Shown: piece after piece, positions 9,760 to 17,872 of the stretch
Position numbering within the stretch: the stretch's first letter is position 1
Layout of the letters: each line of letters opens with the position of its first letter
From: a virus
Taxonomy: Duplodnaviria; Caudoviricetes
IMG/VR virus record: IMGVR_UViG_3300028588_000033
Span: 1-48,453 of that record
Direction: 5' to 3' (one strand)
Length of the DNA: 48,453 bases
Program-made: the position numbers and the translations under genes
Notes under the pieces: generated by a model
The model's input: only the letters and a program-made list of their open reading frames with translations
Databases searched by the model: none
What the model was told of the DNA's origin: nothing

Positions 9760-9808
9760 TCGCAAGTATTACACGCCTTATAGTGACACCCAGTCCCTCT
9801 TGAAAGGA
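9760..9808 (+). promoter_or_regulatory. Repeated element copy 4
   Basis: TTGCTC-17 bp-TATAGT; TCGCAAGTATTACACGCCTTATAGTGACACCC..CTCTTGAAAGGA. Confidence 0.85.
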
Positions 9809-9814
9809 ACACTA

Positions 9815-10039
9815 ATGAAGACTATCAAGGCCAAGCTCATCGCCATCGCCGAATCCCCCATCACGCACACCGCTCTCATCGCCACGGCTCTGACTGCTTC
9901 GACCGTCATCTACTACAGATACACGAACGAAGCGCTCAAGATCCAGAACAATGAGTCGGCCGATCGTGCGGACATGTTCGCGAGGGCGCTGGACGGAACC
10001 ACCCAGGCCATCATCGAGAAACTCAACCCGACCGACTGA
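9815..10039 (+). CDS. Small single-TM protein (cassette)
   Basis: ATG after repeat RBS; hydrophobic TALIATALTASTVIYY. Confidence 0.8.
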   Translation: MKTIKAKLIAIAESPITHTALIATALTASTVIYYRYTNEALKIQNNESADRADMFARALDGTTQAIIEKLNPTD

Positions 10040-10042
10040 ACC

Positions 10043-10079
10043 AAGAAAGAAGGCACCCAACCCGTGCTTTCTTTTTCTT
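10043..10079 (+). terminator. Terminator, loop CCAACCC
   Basis: GAAGGCAC/GTGCTTTC stem plus T tract. Confidence 0.75.
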
Positions 10080-10121
10080 CGCAAGTATCACACGCCTTAT
10101 AGTGACACCCACTTGAAAGGA
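10079..10121 (+). promoter_or_regulatory. Repeated element copy 5
   Basis: TCGCAAGTATCACACGCCTTATAGTGACACCCACTTGAAAGGA. Confidence 0.85.
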
Positions 10122-10127
10122 AACATC

Positions 10128-10388
10128 ATGGACATCGAAGACCTCGCTGGTCCCGCTCTCGTCGTTTCTGGAATCACTATCGCCGCGCTCACTGTAGCCC
10201 TCGTACACAAGAACAATCAGGTCACCTTCTGGAAGAAGCGCTTCAATCACGCAAGCAACTTCGGACAGGTGGCAGCCAGGATTGCTCTCGACTACATGGA
10301 CCAGTTCCCCGGCGAAGCCAAGATCACCAAGAAGACCGAGACGAGCATCAACGCGTTCAAGATCATGAAGGAAAACGACATGCTTTAA
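10128..10388 (+). CDS. Small single-TM protein (cassette)
   Basis: ATG after repeat RBS; ALVVSGITIAALTVALV. Confidence 0.8.
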   Translation: MDIEDLAGPALVVSGITIAALTVALVHKNNQVTFWKKRFNHASNFGQVAARIALDYMDQFPGEAKITKKTETSINAFKIMKENDML

Positions 10389-10393
10389 GTGTT

Positions 10394-10427
10394 AAAGGAG
10401 AGGCCCCTCACACGGGCTTTCTCTTTT
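10394..10427 (+). terminator. Terminator, loop CTCACAC
   Basis: GAGAGGCCC-CTCACAC-GGGCTTTCTC plus T tract. Confidence 0.8.
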
Positions 10428-10433
10428 GCATAT

Positions 10434-10480
10434 TCGCAGGAAACACACAGCCTATAATGAACCCCAACCACTTGAAAGGA
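10434..10480 (+). promoter_or_regulatory. Repeated element copy 6
   Basis: TCGCAGGAAACACACAGCCTATAATGAACCCC..CTTGAAAGGA. Confidence 0.85.
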
Positions 10481-10487
10481 CATTATC

Positions 10488-10730
10488 ATGGCCCAGACCA
10501 CCGACCTCGAAACTCTCACCGCTGAGCAGATCGAAGCGCATCAGCTCTGTGACGCCCTCAAGCGGGAAGGTGCACGTACCGACGACCCGATCATTCACTA
10601 TTATCTGGAGACCGAGTACCACACCCTCCAGCTCGAGATCGAAGCACGCCGACACCGCATCACTGACCTCATCCTCGGACCGCCGAAGAAGGAAACCATC
10701 TTCACCAAGATCATCCGCTTTTTCCAGTAG
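10488..10730 (+). CDS. Small hypothetical protein (cassette)
   Basis: 80 aa between repeat RBS and terminator. Confidence 0.8.
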   Translation: MAQTTDLETLTAEQIEAHQLCDALKREGARTDDPIIHYYLETEYHTLQLEIEARRHRITDLILGPPKKETIFTKIIRFFQ

Positions 10731-10737
10731 TAAATTC

Positions 10738-10770
10738 AAAGGGAAAGCAATTCACACCTGCTTTCTTTTT
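10738..10770 (+). terminator. Terminator, loop ATTCACACC
   Basis: GGAAAGCA/TGCTTTCT stem plus T tract; 25 bp identical to 11378-11402. Confidence 0.8.
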
Positions 10771-10789
10771 CTCTAGATAAGGTAGTCCA

Positions 10790-11158
10790 ATGGATCTAAA
10801 CAGCACCACAGTTAAATTCAAACACGAAAGCGCGTCAGCAAATTTGCGTAAAGACGATCACGGTGTGTGGAACTTGACAAGCGTATATTCCGAAAGTCGT
10901 GGTAAAGGACACGCTTCAGAGCTGATGCGTAAGATATCTGAGTACGCAGACGTACATGGTATCACGGTAAACCTTATGGCCAGAGAGTATGGCGCGGTAA
11001 AAGGCCTCACTAACCAACAACTAGTGACGTTCTATCGCAAATATGGGTTTGTTGTGCAATCGCACAAGCGTGGAGGGGTCTTGATGTTCCGGGTTCCTCG
11101 CAGGAATCACACAGCTTATAATGACCCCCAAACACCACTTGAAAGGAAATCATCATGA
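10790..11158 (+). CDS. GNAT-family acetyltransferase
   Basis: Acetyl-CoA motif SRGKGHASELM and C-terminal FYRKYGF. Confidence 0.8.
   Translation: MDLNSTTVKFKHESASANLRKDDHGVWNLTSVYSESRGKGHASELMRKISEYADVHGITVNLMAREYGAVKGLTNQQLVTFYRKYGFVVQSHKRGGVLMFRVPRRNHTAYNDPQTPLERKSS
11098..11147 (+). promoter_or_regulatory. Repeated element copy 7
   Basis: TCGCAGGAATCACACAGCTTATAATGACCCCC..CTTGAAAGGA; overlaps GNAT 3' end. Confidence 0.85.
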
Positions 11159-11367
11159 CCGACGCAACCCCCGCCGTTCAGAAGCCCAACCCCGCCAAGA
11201 AGTTCTGGGCAGCCAACAAGACCCGCATCCTCGCGACCACCACCGTCATCTCCCTGACCGCCGTGGCCGTGCTGGTGCGAGCCAACAAGCTGCACAACGA
11301 CTTCCTCGAGGAGAAGGATCTGACCGACGAGTACTACTCGACTGAAGACGCCATCATCCAGGTCTAA
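11155..11367 (+). CDS. Small single-TM protein (cassette)
   Basis: KKFW..KTRILATTTVISLTAVAVLV then acidic tail. Confidence 0.8.
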   Translation: MTDATPAVQKPNPAKKFWAANKTRILATTTVISLTAVAVLVRANKLHNDFLEEKDLTDEYYSTEDAIIQV

Positions 11368-11372
11368 GGAAC

Positions 11373-11408
11373 AAAAGGGGAAAGCAATTCACACCTGCTT
11401 TCCTTTTT
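11373..11408 (+). terminator. Terminator, loop ATTCACACC
   Basis: GGAAAGCA/TGCTTTCC stem plus T tract. Confidence 0.8.
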
Positions 11409-11410
11409 GC

Positions 11411-11459
11411 TCGCAAGAATCACACGGGCTATAATGAGACCCCAATCACTTTAGAAAGG
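11411..11459 (+). promoter_or_regulatory. Repeated element copy 8
   Basis: TTGCTC-17 bp-TATAAT; TCGCAAGAATCACACGGGCTATAATGAGACCCC..AGAAAGG. Confidence 0.85.
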
Positions 11460-11466
11460 CAATATC

Positions 11467-11667
11467 ATGGACATCAACGACACCAACCTCGAAGACACCA
11501 CCACCGAAGACAGCTTCGGCATCCAGATCGCGAAGGCGGTTGCAATCAGCGCAGCATCATATGCTGGCGCATTCGCAGCCCTCGTCGTGGTCGGGGCCGT
11601 TACCAACACGGTCGTGAAGATCAAGGAAAAGCGCAACGCCAAGAAGACCCCCGAACTCAACGACTGA
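11467..11667 (+). CDS. Small single-TM protein (cassette)
   Basis: 66 aa with AVAISAASYAGAFAALVVVGAV. Confidence 0.8.
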   Translation: MDINDTNLEDTTTEDSFGIQIAKAVAISAASYAGAFAALVVVGAVTNTVVKIKEKRNAKKTPELND

Positions 11668-11675
11668 CATCTCAA

Positions 11676-11710
11676 GGCTAATAAACCCTCACACGGTTTA
11701 TTAGTTTTTT
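11676..11710 (+). terminator. Terminator, loop CTCACAC
   Basis: CTAATAAACC-CTCACAC-GGTTTATTAG plus T tract. Confidence 0.85.
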
Positions 11711-11726
11711 CAAAAAGGAGAAACTG

Positions 11727-11885
11727 ATGAAGACTAAAAGCGGCCTTACTGAATCCGCCATCCGCAAACACCTACTCAAGGCTCAGCGTCAATGGGCTGA
11801 GGTACAAGCAAACCCAGAAGCTGCACGGGAAGCAATTGAAACAATCAAGTTCTGGGAACAGGAATTGGCAACCGTCCAGAAGTAA
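11727..11885 (+). CDS. 52-aa hypothetical protein
   Basis: AAAGGAG RBS; MKTKSGLTESAIRKHLL..VQK. Confidence 0.65.
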   Translation: MKTKSGLTESAIRKHLLKAQRQWAEVQANPEAAREAIETIKFWEQELATVQK

Positions 11886-11886
11886 T

Positions 11887-11934
11887 TCGCAGCAATCACA
11901 CGGCCTATAATGACCCCCAGTTCACCAGAAAGGA
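11887..11934 (+). promoter_or_regulatory. Repeated element copy 9
   Basis: TCGCAGCAATCACACGGCCTATAATGACCCCC..AGAAAGGA. Confidence 0.85.
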
Positions 11935-11940
11935 ACTACA

Positions 11941-12144
11941 ATGGCTAACCGCATTTCATCGTACATTTCTGAGAAGAACCGTGACGCCCGCCGTAAGGTG
12001 CTGATCGTTGGTGGACTGACCGTAGGCCTCGCCGCCGTAGTCGTTCTCACCAAGTACAGCGCCGCACGCGAGCGGATCGCAGACCTCGAAGATCTGACCG
12101 ATGCCCAGCAGAAGCTCATCAACATCCTCAATCCCATCAACTGA
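11941..12144 (+). CDS. Small single-TM protein with coiled-coil tail (cassette)
   Basis: RRKVLIVGGLTVGLAAVVVL then heptad-like tail. Confidence 0.8.
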   Translation: MANRISSYISEKNRDARRKVLIVGGLTVGLAAVVVLTKYSAARERIADLEDLTDAQQKLINILNPIN

Positions 12145-12149
12145 CTCAC

Positions 12150-12183
12150 AACTACTAGACCCTCACACGGTCTTTTAGTTTTT
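12150..12183 (+). terminator. Terminator, loop CTCACAC
   Basis: AACTA..AGACC-CTCACAC-GGTCT..TAGTT plus T tract. Confidence 0.8.
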
Positions 12184-12201
12184 CTCTTGAAAGGAGAAAC
12201 T

Positions 12202-12363
12202 GTGTCATATCTCGAGACATTCACCTTCACCATGTACCGCGGCCATAAAGTCAAGACAGTTGAGGTAGACGCGATGACCCTCGAAGACGCCCAGGCAAAG
12301 TTCCAGGAGCGATTCGGTTTCTTCCCGTCTGAAGAAAACCTCAAGATTGCGCAGTTCGAGTGA
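12202..12363 (+). CDS. 53-aa hypothetical protein
   Basis: GTG after CTCTTGAAAGGAGA; MSYLETFTFTMYRGHK.. Confidence 0.65.
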   Translation: MSYLETFTFTMYRGHKVKTVEVDAMTLEDAQAKFQERFGFFPSEENLKIAQFE

Positions 12364-12650
12364 AGAAAAAACTGGCGATTATTGCGATTGCGTTACTGGC
12401 TCTCACGGGATGCTCCTCTATTTCTGAGGGCACTATCACCGAGAAGAACCACCAAAACGGTTATTACTACCCGGTAACCTACTGTGCGTTCTACTCGAGT
12501 AAGGGGCTATGTTCCGGATACATGACTCGCTATGACTACATGCCTGAGTCCTGGTGGTTTGATATCACACAAGACACCAAAGACGGCTGGGTGTATGTCG
12601 GCGAACTCACGTACGAAGAATATGAGGTTGGCGACTACTACGACAAGTAG
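12360..12650 (+). CDS. Lipoprotein
   Basis: MKKK + hydrophobic stretch + lipobox LTGC. Confidence 0.75.
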   Translation: MKKKLAIIAIALLALTGCSSISEGTITEKNHQNGYYYPVTYCAFYSSKGLCSGYMTRYDYMPESWWFDITQDTKDGWVYVGELTYEEYEVGDYYDK

Positions 12651-12651
12651 C

Positions 12652-12682
12652 TCGCAGCAATCACACGGCCTATAACGAACCC
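12652..12682 (+). promoter_or_regulatory. Repeated element copy 10, followed directly by a hairpin and T tract
   Basis: TCGCAGCAATCACACGGCCTATAACGAACCC then GAGTGACT-TAAC-AGTCGCTT. Confidence 0.8.
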
Positions 12683-12733
12683 GATAGAGTGACTTAACAG
12701 TCGCTTATATTTTTCTCTTGAAAGGAGAAGACA

Positions 12734-12856
12734 ATGCCTCAGGAAACTTTCATCCCATGGTACATCGCAATCCCCAGTTCCCTCACGATGTTTGGTATTT
12801 GGTGGACCATGGTACTCGTGCAGGGAAACAAGATCAAGAAAGGTCTTAAGAAGTGA
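12734..12856 (+). CDS. 40-aa membrane peptide
   Basis: RBS motif; MPQETFIPWYIAIPSSLTMFGIWWTMVLVQGNKIKKGLKK. Confidence 0.6.
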   Translation: MPQETFIPWYIAIPSSLTMFGIWWTMVLVQGNKIKKGLKK

Positions 12857-13632
12857 ACAAGCTCCAGACATTCGCTAAGGCCGCTGCTAAGGTGACCAGC
12901 GAGAAGTCCCCGACCATCCTCTCGGGCATCGCGATCGGCGGTGTCGTCACCACGCTCATCCTGGCTGTTCGTGCAGGTGCCAAGGCGAACGAGACCCTTA
13001 CCATCGTCAACGACAACGGTGACTTCCAGGCCGAGCGCGGAACCAAGGAATTCTACCTCGAGACCATCAAGCACACCTGGAAGCCCTTCGTACCGGTCGG
13101 CATCATGGGTCTGGCTACCATCGGCTGCATCGTAGGTGCCAACACGATCGGCAATAAGCGTCTGGCCGCTATGGCAGGCGCATACACCCTCAGTGACACG
13201 GCGTTCCGTGAGTACAAGGACAAGGTCGTTGAGACCTTTGGTGAGAAGAAGGAGGATGCTGTTCAGGCGGCTGCGAACCAGGCGACAATCGACAAGAACC
13301 CGCCTCCTGCTGGTCTGCACTCCGAGAACCCGATGGATGTTCTGTGTCTCGACAGCTTCTCGGGACGGTATTTCTACAGCAACCGTGCCAAGATCGACAA
13401 CGCCGAGATCGACACGAACTACCAGATCCTCCACACGGACTACGCGTCGCTGAACGACTTCTACGCACACCTGAACCTCGACCCCACTACCATGGGTGAG
13501 ATCGTTGGGTGGAACAACGACAAGAAGCTCGAACTCAAGGTGACCACGGGTCTTTCCCCGGACCAGCTGCCGTGCATCGTCATTGGCTTTCGAGATACCC
13601 CCGTCGCAAATTACCGGGACCTGTGGGGCTGA
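12853..13632 (+). CDS. DUF6353-like phage protein (paralogue 1)
   Basis: KSPTILSGIAIGG N-terminus, FREYKDKVVE, SGRYF, SLNDFY, G..VGW motifs shared with 20172-21077. Confidence 0.75.
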   Translation: MNKLQTFAKAAAKVTSEKSPTILSGIAIGGVVTTLILAVRAGAKANETLTIVNDNGDFQAERGTKEFYLETIKHTWKPFVPVGIMGLATIGCIVGANTIGNKRLAAMAGAYTLSDTAFREYKDKVVETFGEKKEDAVQAAANQATIDKNPPPAGLHSENPMDVLCLDSFSGRYFYSNRAKIDNAEIDTNYQILHTDYASLNDFYAHLNLDPTTMGEIVGWNNDKKLELKVTTGLSPDQLPCIVIGFRDTPVANYRDLWG

Positions 13633-13767
13633 TCTAGAAGACGAGGACGACCCATACGATATTCCAATGGTGTGGGACCCCTGGTTCGACGACTACAACT
13701 GCACGTGCAACGACTGTGAAGCCTGAAGGTCGTTGCACGTGCAGTACCTATGTAAAGGAGAAAACTG

Positions 13768-13947
13768 ATGGAATTCGACGTCTTCAAGTTCACGAACATC
13801 CATATTCTGAACATTGAAAAGGTTGGTACGGCCTCTACCAAGAAAGATGCCATGGCGATCATGGTGAACTACCCTCGCGCATACGTGGCCCACAACAACC
13901 TCATCGTCGCTCAGGTGGGATTGACCAATAGCGAGCGCATTCACTAA
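13768..13947 (+). CDS. 59-aa hypothetical protein
   Basis: AAAGGAG RBS, open frame to TAA 13947. Confidence 0.6.
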   Translation: MEFDVFKFTNIHILNIEKVGTASTKKDAMAIMVNYPRAYVAHNNLIVAQVGLTNSERIH

Positions 13948-13948
13948 C

Positions 13949-14001
13949 TCGCAAGAATAACACGCCCTATAACGACACCCAGTCAAAACCTCTTGAAAGG
14001 A
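13949..14001 (+). promoter_or_regulatory. Repeated element copy 11
   Basis: TCGCAAGAATAACACGCCCTATAACGACACCC..CTCTTGAAAGGA. Confidence 0.8.
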
Positions 14002-14008
14002 AACACCA

Positions 14009-14209
14009 ATGGACAAGCTCAAAGCACTCGCCCGTAAGGTCGCCGACAACAAGGGTCCCATCACCACGCATCTGATGGTCGCAGCTGGAACTTTCGTCGG
14101 CCTCGTCGCCTTCGACAAGTTCATCGCCAAGACCCCGGAGACCGGTGACGTGACCATCGTCGAAGGCGACCTCAACATCGAAGTGACCGACACCGATCCC
14201 TCGCTGTAA
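14009..14209 (+). CDS. Small single-TM protein (cassette)
   Basis: HLMVAAGTFVGLVAF segment. Confidence 0.8.
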   Translation: MDKLKALARKVADNKGPITTHLMVAAGTFVGLVAFDKFIAKTPETGDVTIVEGDLNIEVTDTDPSL

Positions 14210-14238
14210 CACCCAAGAACTACTCAACTGATAGTCCC

Positions 14239-14277
14239 GAATGAGGGCACGAACTAAACACTCGTGCTCTCATTTTT
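14239..14277 (+). terminator. Terminator, loop ACTAAACAC
   Basis: AATGAGGGCACGA/TCGTGCTCTCATT stem plus T tract. Confidence 0.8.
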
Positions 14278-14296
14278 CTCTTGAAAGGAGAAGGTA

Positions 14297-14605
14297 ATGC
14301 CTGCATGGATGAATGGTCAGCCCGTAGGGGAATTGGCCGTAAAAGCAGAAAAAGACGCCGCAGATCGACTCGCGGAGTTCGAAGGAAGTTCACCGATCCA
14401 GCCTGTCGATATCTACATCGTCTGGTCGATCAATGCGGACTCGTACATCGGTACCCCTTTTCCCAAGTCGTATCACCAGACTCTTGAGGGGGCTATCGCT
14501 GAAATCCCGGAAAACATTCGCAGCTTGGAGAGCGAATACATTTCGGACACGTACGTCAAGTACTACTCGTATCGTGCCATCAGCAAAGTCGAAGTGGGTG
14601 CCTGA
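14297..14605 (+). CDS. Hypothetical protein
   Basis: Preceded by CTCTTGAAAGGAGA. Confidence 0.7.
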   Translation: MPAWMNGQPVGELAVKAEKDAADRLAEFEGSSPIQPVDIYIVWSINADSYIGTPFPKSYHQTLEGAIAEIPENIRSLESEYISDTYVKYYSYRAISKVEVGA

Positions 14606-14881
14606 TGCCTATCGAACCCAACGTAACACTCTGTCCGGTTTGTAAGAATCCTATCGGATGGGGTCGTCGAACGGCGTTCGGTATTTATGACGAGGCCTCG
14701 GCCTTGCTTAATCACATCGAACCCAATCACCCCGAAGTGGATGTCAGCTGATGGACGACAAGTACGCTATTCAAAAGAAAAAGAATGATCGCTGGCTCTA
14801 CGTTGTCGTGTTTTTATCCGGTGCTCTTTTTGGATCAATCGTCCTGTCCGTAGTTCTTGCGATCACGGACCAAATCTCATA

Positions 14882-15061
14882 ATGAGCGACAGAGAGCAGC
14901 TCGAAAAGCACATCAACACTCTCGAGCAAGCTATACCGGCATTTGAGAGTTATCTCGAAGCCACCAAGGGTACTGCAGCGTATGCATCGTTCACCGCCCG
15001 AAAGCTTCCGCTCCTCAAGCAGCGTCTTGATCAACTGAAACAAAGACGCGACTCCGTCTAA
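14882..15061 (+). CDS. 59-aa helical hypothetical protein
   Basis: MSDREQLEKHINTLEQ..; fills gap in + strand run. Confidence 0.5.
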   Translation: MSDREQLEKHINTLEQAIPAFESYLEATKGTAAYASFTARKLPLLKQRLDQLKQRRDSV

Positions 15062-15086
15062 CCATATCTCTTGAAAGGAGATCGTA

Positions 15087-15284
15087 ATGCCTATTTCTCT
15101 CATCCCGGCGCAGCTGCGTCCGAAGCGTCGTCGTTTCTTTATGCAGCGTTTCTTCGAATGGCTTCCCTTCCGAATCCACAGCGCCATCATCAAGGGTCTG
15201 TCAGGTCCGTTCGTCTGGGCGAACCGTCGTAAGAAGCAGACGCCCGTCACGCGTGCCATCCGTGCGCTCTGGCGAGCCCTCTAA
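15087..15284 (+). CDS. Small basic protein
   Basis: Preceded by CTCTTGAAAGGAGA; Arg-rich. Confidence 0.65.
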   Translation: MPISLIPAQLRPKRRRFFMQRFFEWLPFRIHSAIIKGLSGPFVWANRRKKQTPVTRAIRALWRAL

Positions 15285-15303
15285 GCGCGGCTGAGGTACT
15301 CAG

Positions 15304-15612
15304 ATGAGCGCGCAAACCGCAGAGATCGACGCCGCAACCAAGCGCGCACTGCAGGTAGTAATCATGTACGAGAACACGAAGTTGAAGCCGGTCGACAGCC
15401 TCTCTTACAAAGAGGAAGACTTCTACATCATCAAGTTCTCCTACGGTCACGGTAGCTGGAAAGCTTTTGTCGGTAGCGATGCCTTCAAGACGGTATATTA
15501 CGAGGTCGATTACAACTTCCTCCGTAACCAGACCACCGTCGAGATCTACCACCGTATTGGTAAGTTCACAGTAAATGACGAAGAGTTCGTCCCAGAGAAA
15601 AGGAAGAAATGA
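15304..15612 (+). CDS. DUF6275-like protein
   Basis: FYIIKF..WKAFV..YYEVDYN resembles C-terminus of next ORF. Confidence 0.55.
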   Translation: MSAQTAEIDAATKRALQVVIMYENTKLKPVDSLSYKEEDFYIIKFSYGHGSWKAFVGSDAFKTVYYEVDYNFLRNQTTVEIYHRIGKFTVNDEEFVPEKRKK

Positions 15613-16358
15613 TGACACCGTTCCACAGTGATTCTCCGCGCGAGCCTTTCGAGGTTGAGCGTCCCGACCGAGGCGTTGCCAAGGTACCCACTGAGGTGAC
15701 TGAGGCTGTCGTCCCTGATCGCGTCGTTGAGGTTGACGCGGGAGAGGGCACGTATATTGGCGCTTCGCCTGACGGCAAGGGCGTTCCCCATCGCCCCGAG
15801 GTTTACGGCTACCTCCATTGGAATGCTGAACTTGGTCTCTTCCTTGCCGGAGATCGCAAGTATCTTCTTGAAGAAGTCCTTCGAGAAGCCCACAAGCAGT
15901 TCAACGACGCAGCCTACACTCTCACAATCGAAACTGGATACGACCTCGAACTCGATGAGGCTTCATGGGAGGTCCTTCGCTCGGCTGGGTTGATGAGCAA
16001 GGTTGGCCACAACGACGTCGACCGCACCAACACCGCTGACGGTCAGCTTCACCAGTTCGTCAAGCCCGCCAACATGGACGTCGAGACCATTTCCATCGTG
16101 GATCTGGCTAAGGTCAAGGTTGCTACCTACGAGAACCTCATGCACGATGTTGAGTGGTTTACCCCTGAGCACTTCTACGTTGTGTGGTTCACGAAGATTC
16201 TGGGTAACTGGAAAGCCATCGTGTCCACTGATATCTTCGACAACCCTGACACCGGCAAGGAGAAGGGTATCCTCTACGAGGTGACCTACAACGGCGCCAA
16301 GGGAGAGGCGTACGTCGACGAGTACACCAAGAAGAACAACGTCGTCATTCCCGACTGA
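15609..16358 (+). CDS. Protein with C-terminal DUF6275-like domain
   Basis: [32 protein letters not shown]. Confidence 0.65.
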   Translation: MMTPFHSDSPREPFEVERPDRGVAKVPTEVTEAVVPDRVVEVDAGEGTYIGASPDGKGVPHRPEVYGYLHWNAELGLFLAGDRKYLLEEVLREAHKQFNDAAYTLTIETGYDLELDEASWEVLRSAGLMSKVGHNDVDRTNTADGQLHQFVKPANMDVETISIVDLAKVKVATYENLMHDVEWFTPEHFYVVWFTKILGNWKAIVSTDIFDNPDTGKEKGILYEVTYNGAKGEAYVDEYTKKNNVVIPD

Positions 16359-16397
16359 CCCACAAACCCACCCACTACCCAAACAAGAAAGTACTAC

Positions 16398-17066
16398 ATG
16401 TTCAAGCAGACCCTGACCTACACCAACTTCCATGGCGAGACGCGGACGAAGGACTTCTACTTCAACCTCACCGCAGCCGAGCTTGCTGAGATGGATCTCC
16501 GTGCAAACGGAAACTTCGTCGAGCGCCTCAAGGACATCGTGGCCACGAATGATGGCGACATCATCATCCCGGAGTTCAAGAAGATCATCGCTCAGACCTA
16601 CGGTATCCGTAGTGCCGACGGTGACATCTTCGACAAGTCGCCTGAGATCTCTCGCAGCTTCGAGAACCACGCGGCCTACTCGAACTTCTTCCTGGACATG
16701 ATCTCGGAGCCGAGCGTCGCAGCCAACTTCATCAATGCCGTCATGCCTGCTGACCTGCAGAAGAAGGCAGCTGAGATGAATGAGCGTCGTGCGGCTCTTG
16801 AGGCTTCGGGAGAGCTGCCGAGCGTGGAGCAGGAGAAGACCGCCTCTCAGCTCGCTCGTGAGGCTTCTGAGGCACGTCTCCAGGGACACAAGAAGCCCGT
16901 TCAGGCTACTCAGGCAGCTACCCCGGCTCCTGCTCAGCCCACCCAGTCCGAGACCCCGGCGCCTGTCGAGCCGACTCCTACGGATGACGCTTCGGACGGG
17001 TTCGACCCCAGCTCCATGACGCACGAGCAGCTGCTTGCTTACGTCGAGGCGCGTAACACAAAGTAG
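16398..17066 (+). CDS. Conserved phage protein, Pro/Ala-rich tail
   Basis: YTNFHGE..T.DFYFNLT.AEL motif; strong codon bias. Confidence 0.75.
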   Translation: MFKQTLTYTNFHGETRTKDFYFNLTAAELAEMDLRANGNFVERLKDIVATNDGDIIIPEFKKIIAQTYGIRSADGDIFDKSPEISRSFENHAAYSNFFLDMISEPSVAANFINAVMPADLQKKAAEMNERRAALEASGELPSVEQEKTASQLAREASEARLQGHKKPVQATQAATPAPAQPTQSETPAPVEPTPTDDASDGFDPSSMTHEQLLAYVEARNTK

Positions 17067-17086
17067 TTTCAACACATCAAAATGGG

Positions 17087-17256
17087 AGTAACCAATAGTC
17101 AAAAAGCTCGTTTCGGGTAGCTGGATGACTGGGCTGGTTACTTTAAACGACAACCCCACGGGTAAAATGCGCCCAGACAAAGTGGGGTGGTGTATCCGGC
17201 CTTGAGAACCGGGTCGAGACTAGTCGCTTGACGATTCGCTCTGCATCACCCCACTT
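17087..17256 (+). ncRNA. Candidate structured RNA, two domains
   Basis: AGTAACCA/TGGTTACT-closed hairpin; 15-bp stem 17180-17194/17242-17256 enclosing two hairpins. Confidence 0.5.
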
Positions 17257-17291
17257 CTAACCAGTAGGATCGACAACAGAAAGTAGTAATC

Positions 17292-17537
17292 ATGACTGTC
17301 TCATACACAGATCTCGATCTGATGCAAAAGCTTGGACGCACGGTCGTCACTGATCAAGACCGAAAGGCTCTTGACGACGCTGCAGAACTGATGGCTTCTG
17401 CTGATGACGACATCGACCGCGTTCGCATGCGGATGTATTTCCACGAAGGTGTCCGCAACTCAGCCGAAGGTCAGCACGAGGTCGACTATGTCATGAATTC
17501 TTTGATCACGCTGACGAAAAGACTGATACCTGCGTAG
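17292..17537 (+). CDS. Hypothetical protein
   Basis: ORF track, AGAAAG RBS. Confidence 0.65.
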   Translation: MTVSYTDLDLMQKLGRTVVTDQDRKALDDAAELMASADDDIDRVRMRMYFHEGVRNSAEGQHEVDYVMNSLITLTKRLIPA

Positions 17538-17540
17538 CAC

Positions 17541-17591
17541 TCGCAAGAAACACACACCTTATAGTGACACCCAGTTAACCTCTTGAAAGGA
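17541..17591 (+). promoter_or_regulatory. Repeated element copy 12
   Basis: TCGCAAGAAACACACACCTTATAGTGACACCC..CTCTTGAAAGGA. Confidence 0.85.
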
Positions 17592-17598
17592 AATCCAA

Positions 17599-17871
17599 AT
17601 GAACGCTCTTACCATCACTAAGGCCATCACCGGAATCGCCGTATCAACGGGCGTGAGCACCGTAGTCAGAAACGCCATCGCGGCGACCACCCCCGTGGAC
17701 CTCAACCGATACAACCGTATCGCCGTTGGTCTCGGAAGCGTCGCTGTGAGTGGGCTGCTCTCGACCATGGCTGTGAAGCGCGCGGAAGATGCGATCGACG
17801 CATTCGCTGAAGGCTTCAACAAAGGCAAGGCCGCCGTCGAAGAGAACCTCGACACAGACGCCACTGAGTAA
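17599..17871 (+). CDS. Small membrane-associated protein (cassette)
   Basis: Two Ala/Gly/Val-rich segments. Confidence 0.8.
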   Translation: MNALTITKAITGIAVSTGVSTVVRNAIAATTPVDLNRYNRIAVGLGSVAVSGLLSTMAVKRAEDAIDAFAEGFNKGKAAVEENLDTDATE

Positions 17872-17872
17872 C

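Noticed and set aside
9413-9783. ORF-track calls 9413-9610 and 9550-9783 (also 10426-10776, 11121-11345)
   Set aside because: They run through promoter repeats and terminators; RBS-led ORFs in other frames explain the region better.
8964-14001. CRISPR array interpretation of the regular repeats
   Set aside because: Repeats are degenerate, intervening segments are hundreds of bp with RBS-led ORFs and terminators, and no cas genes are present.
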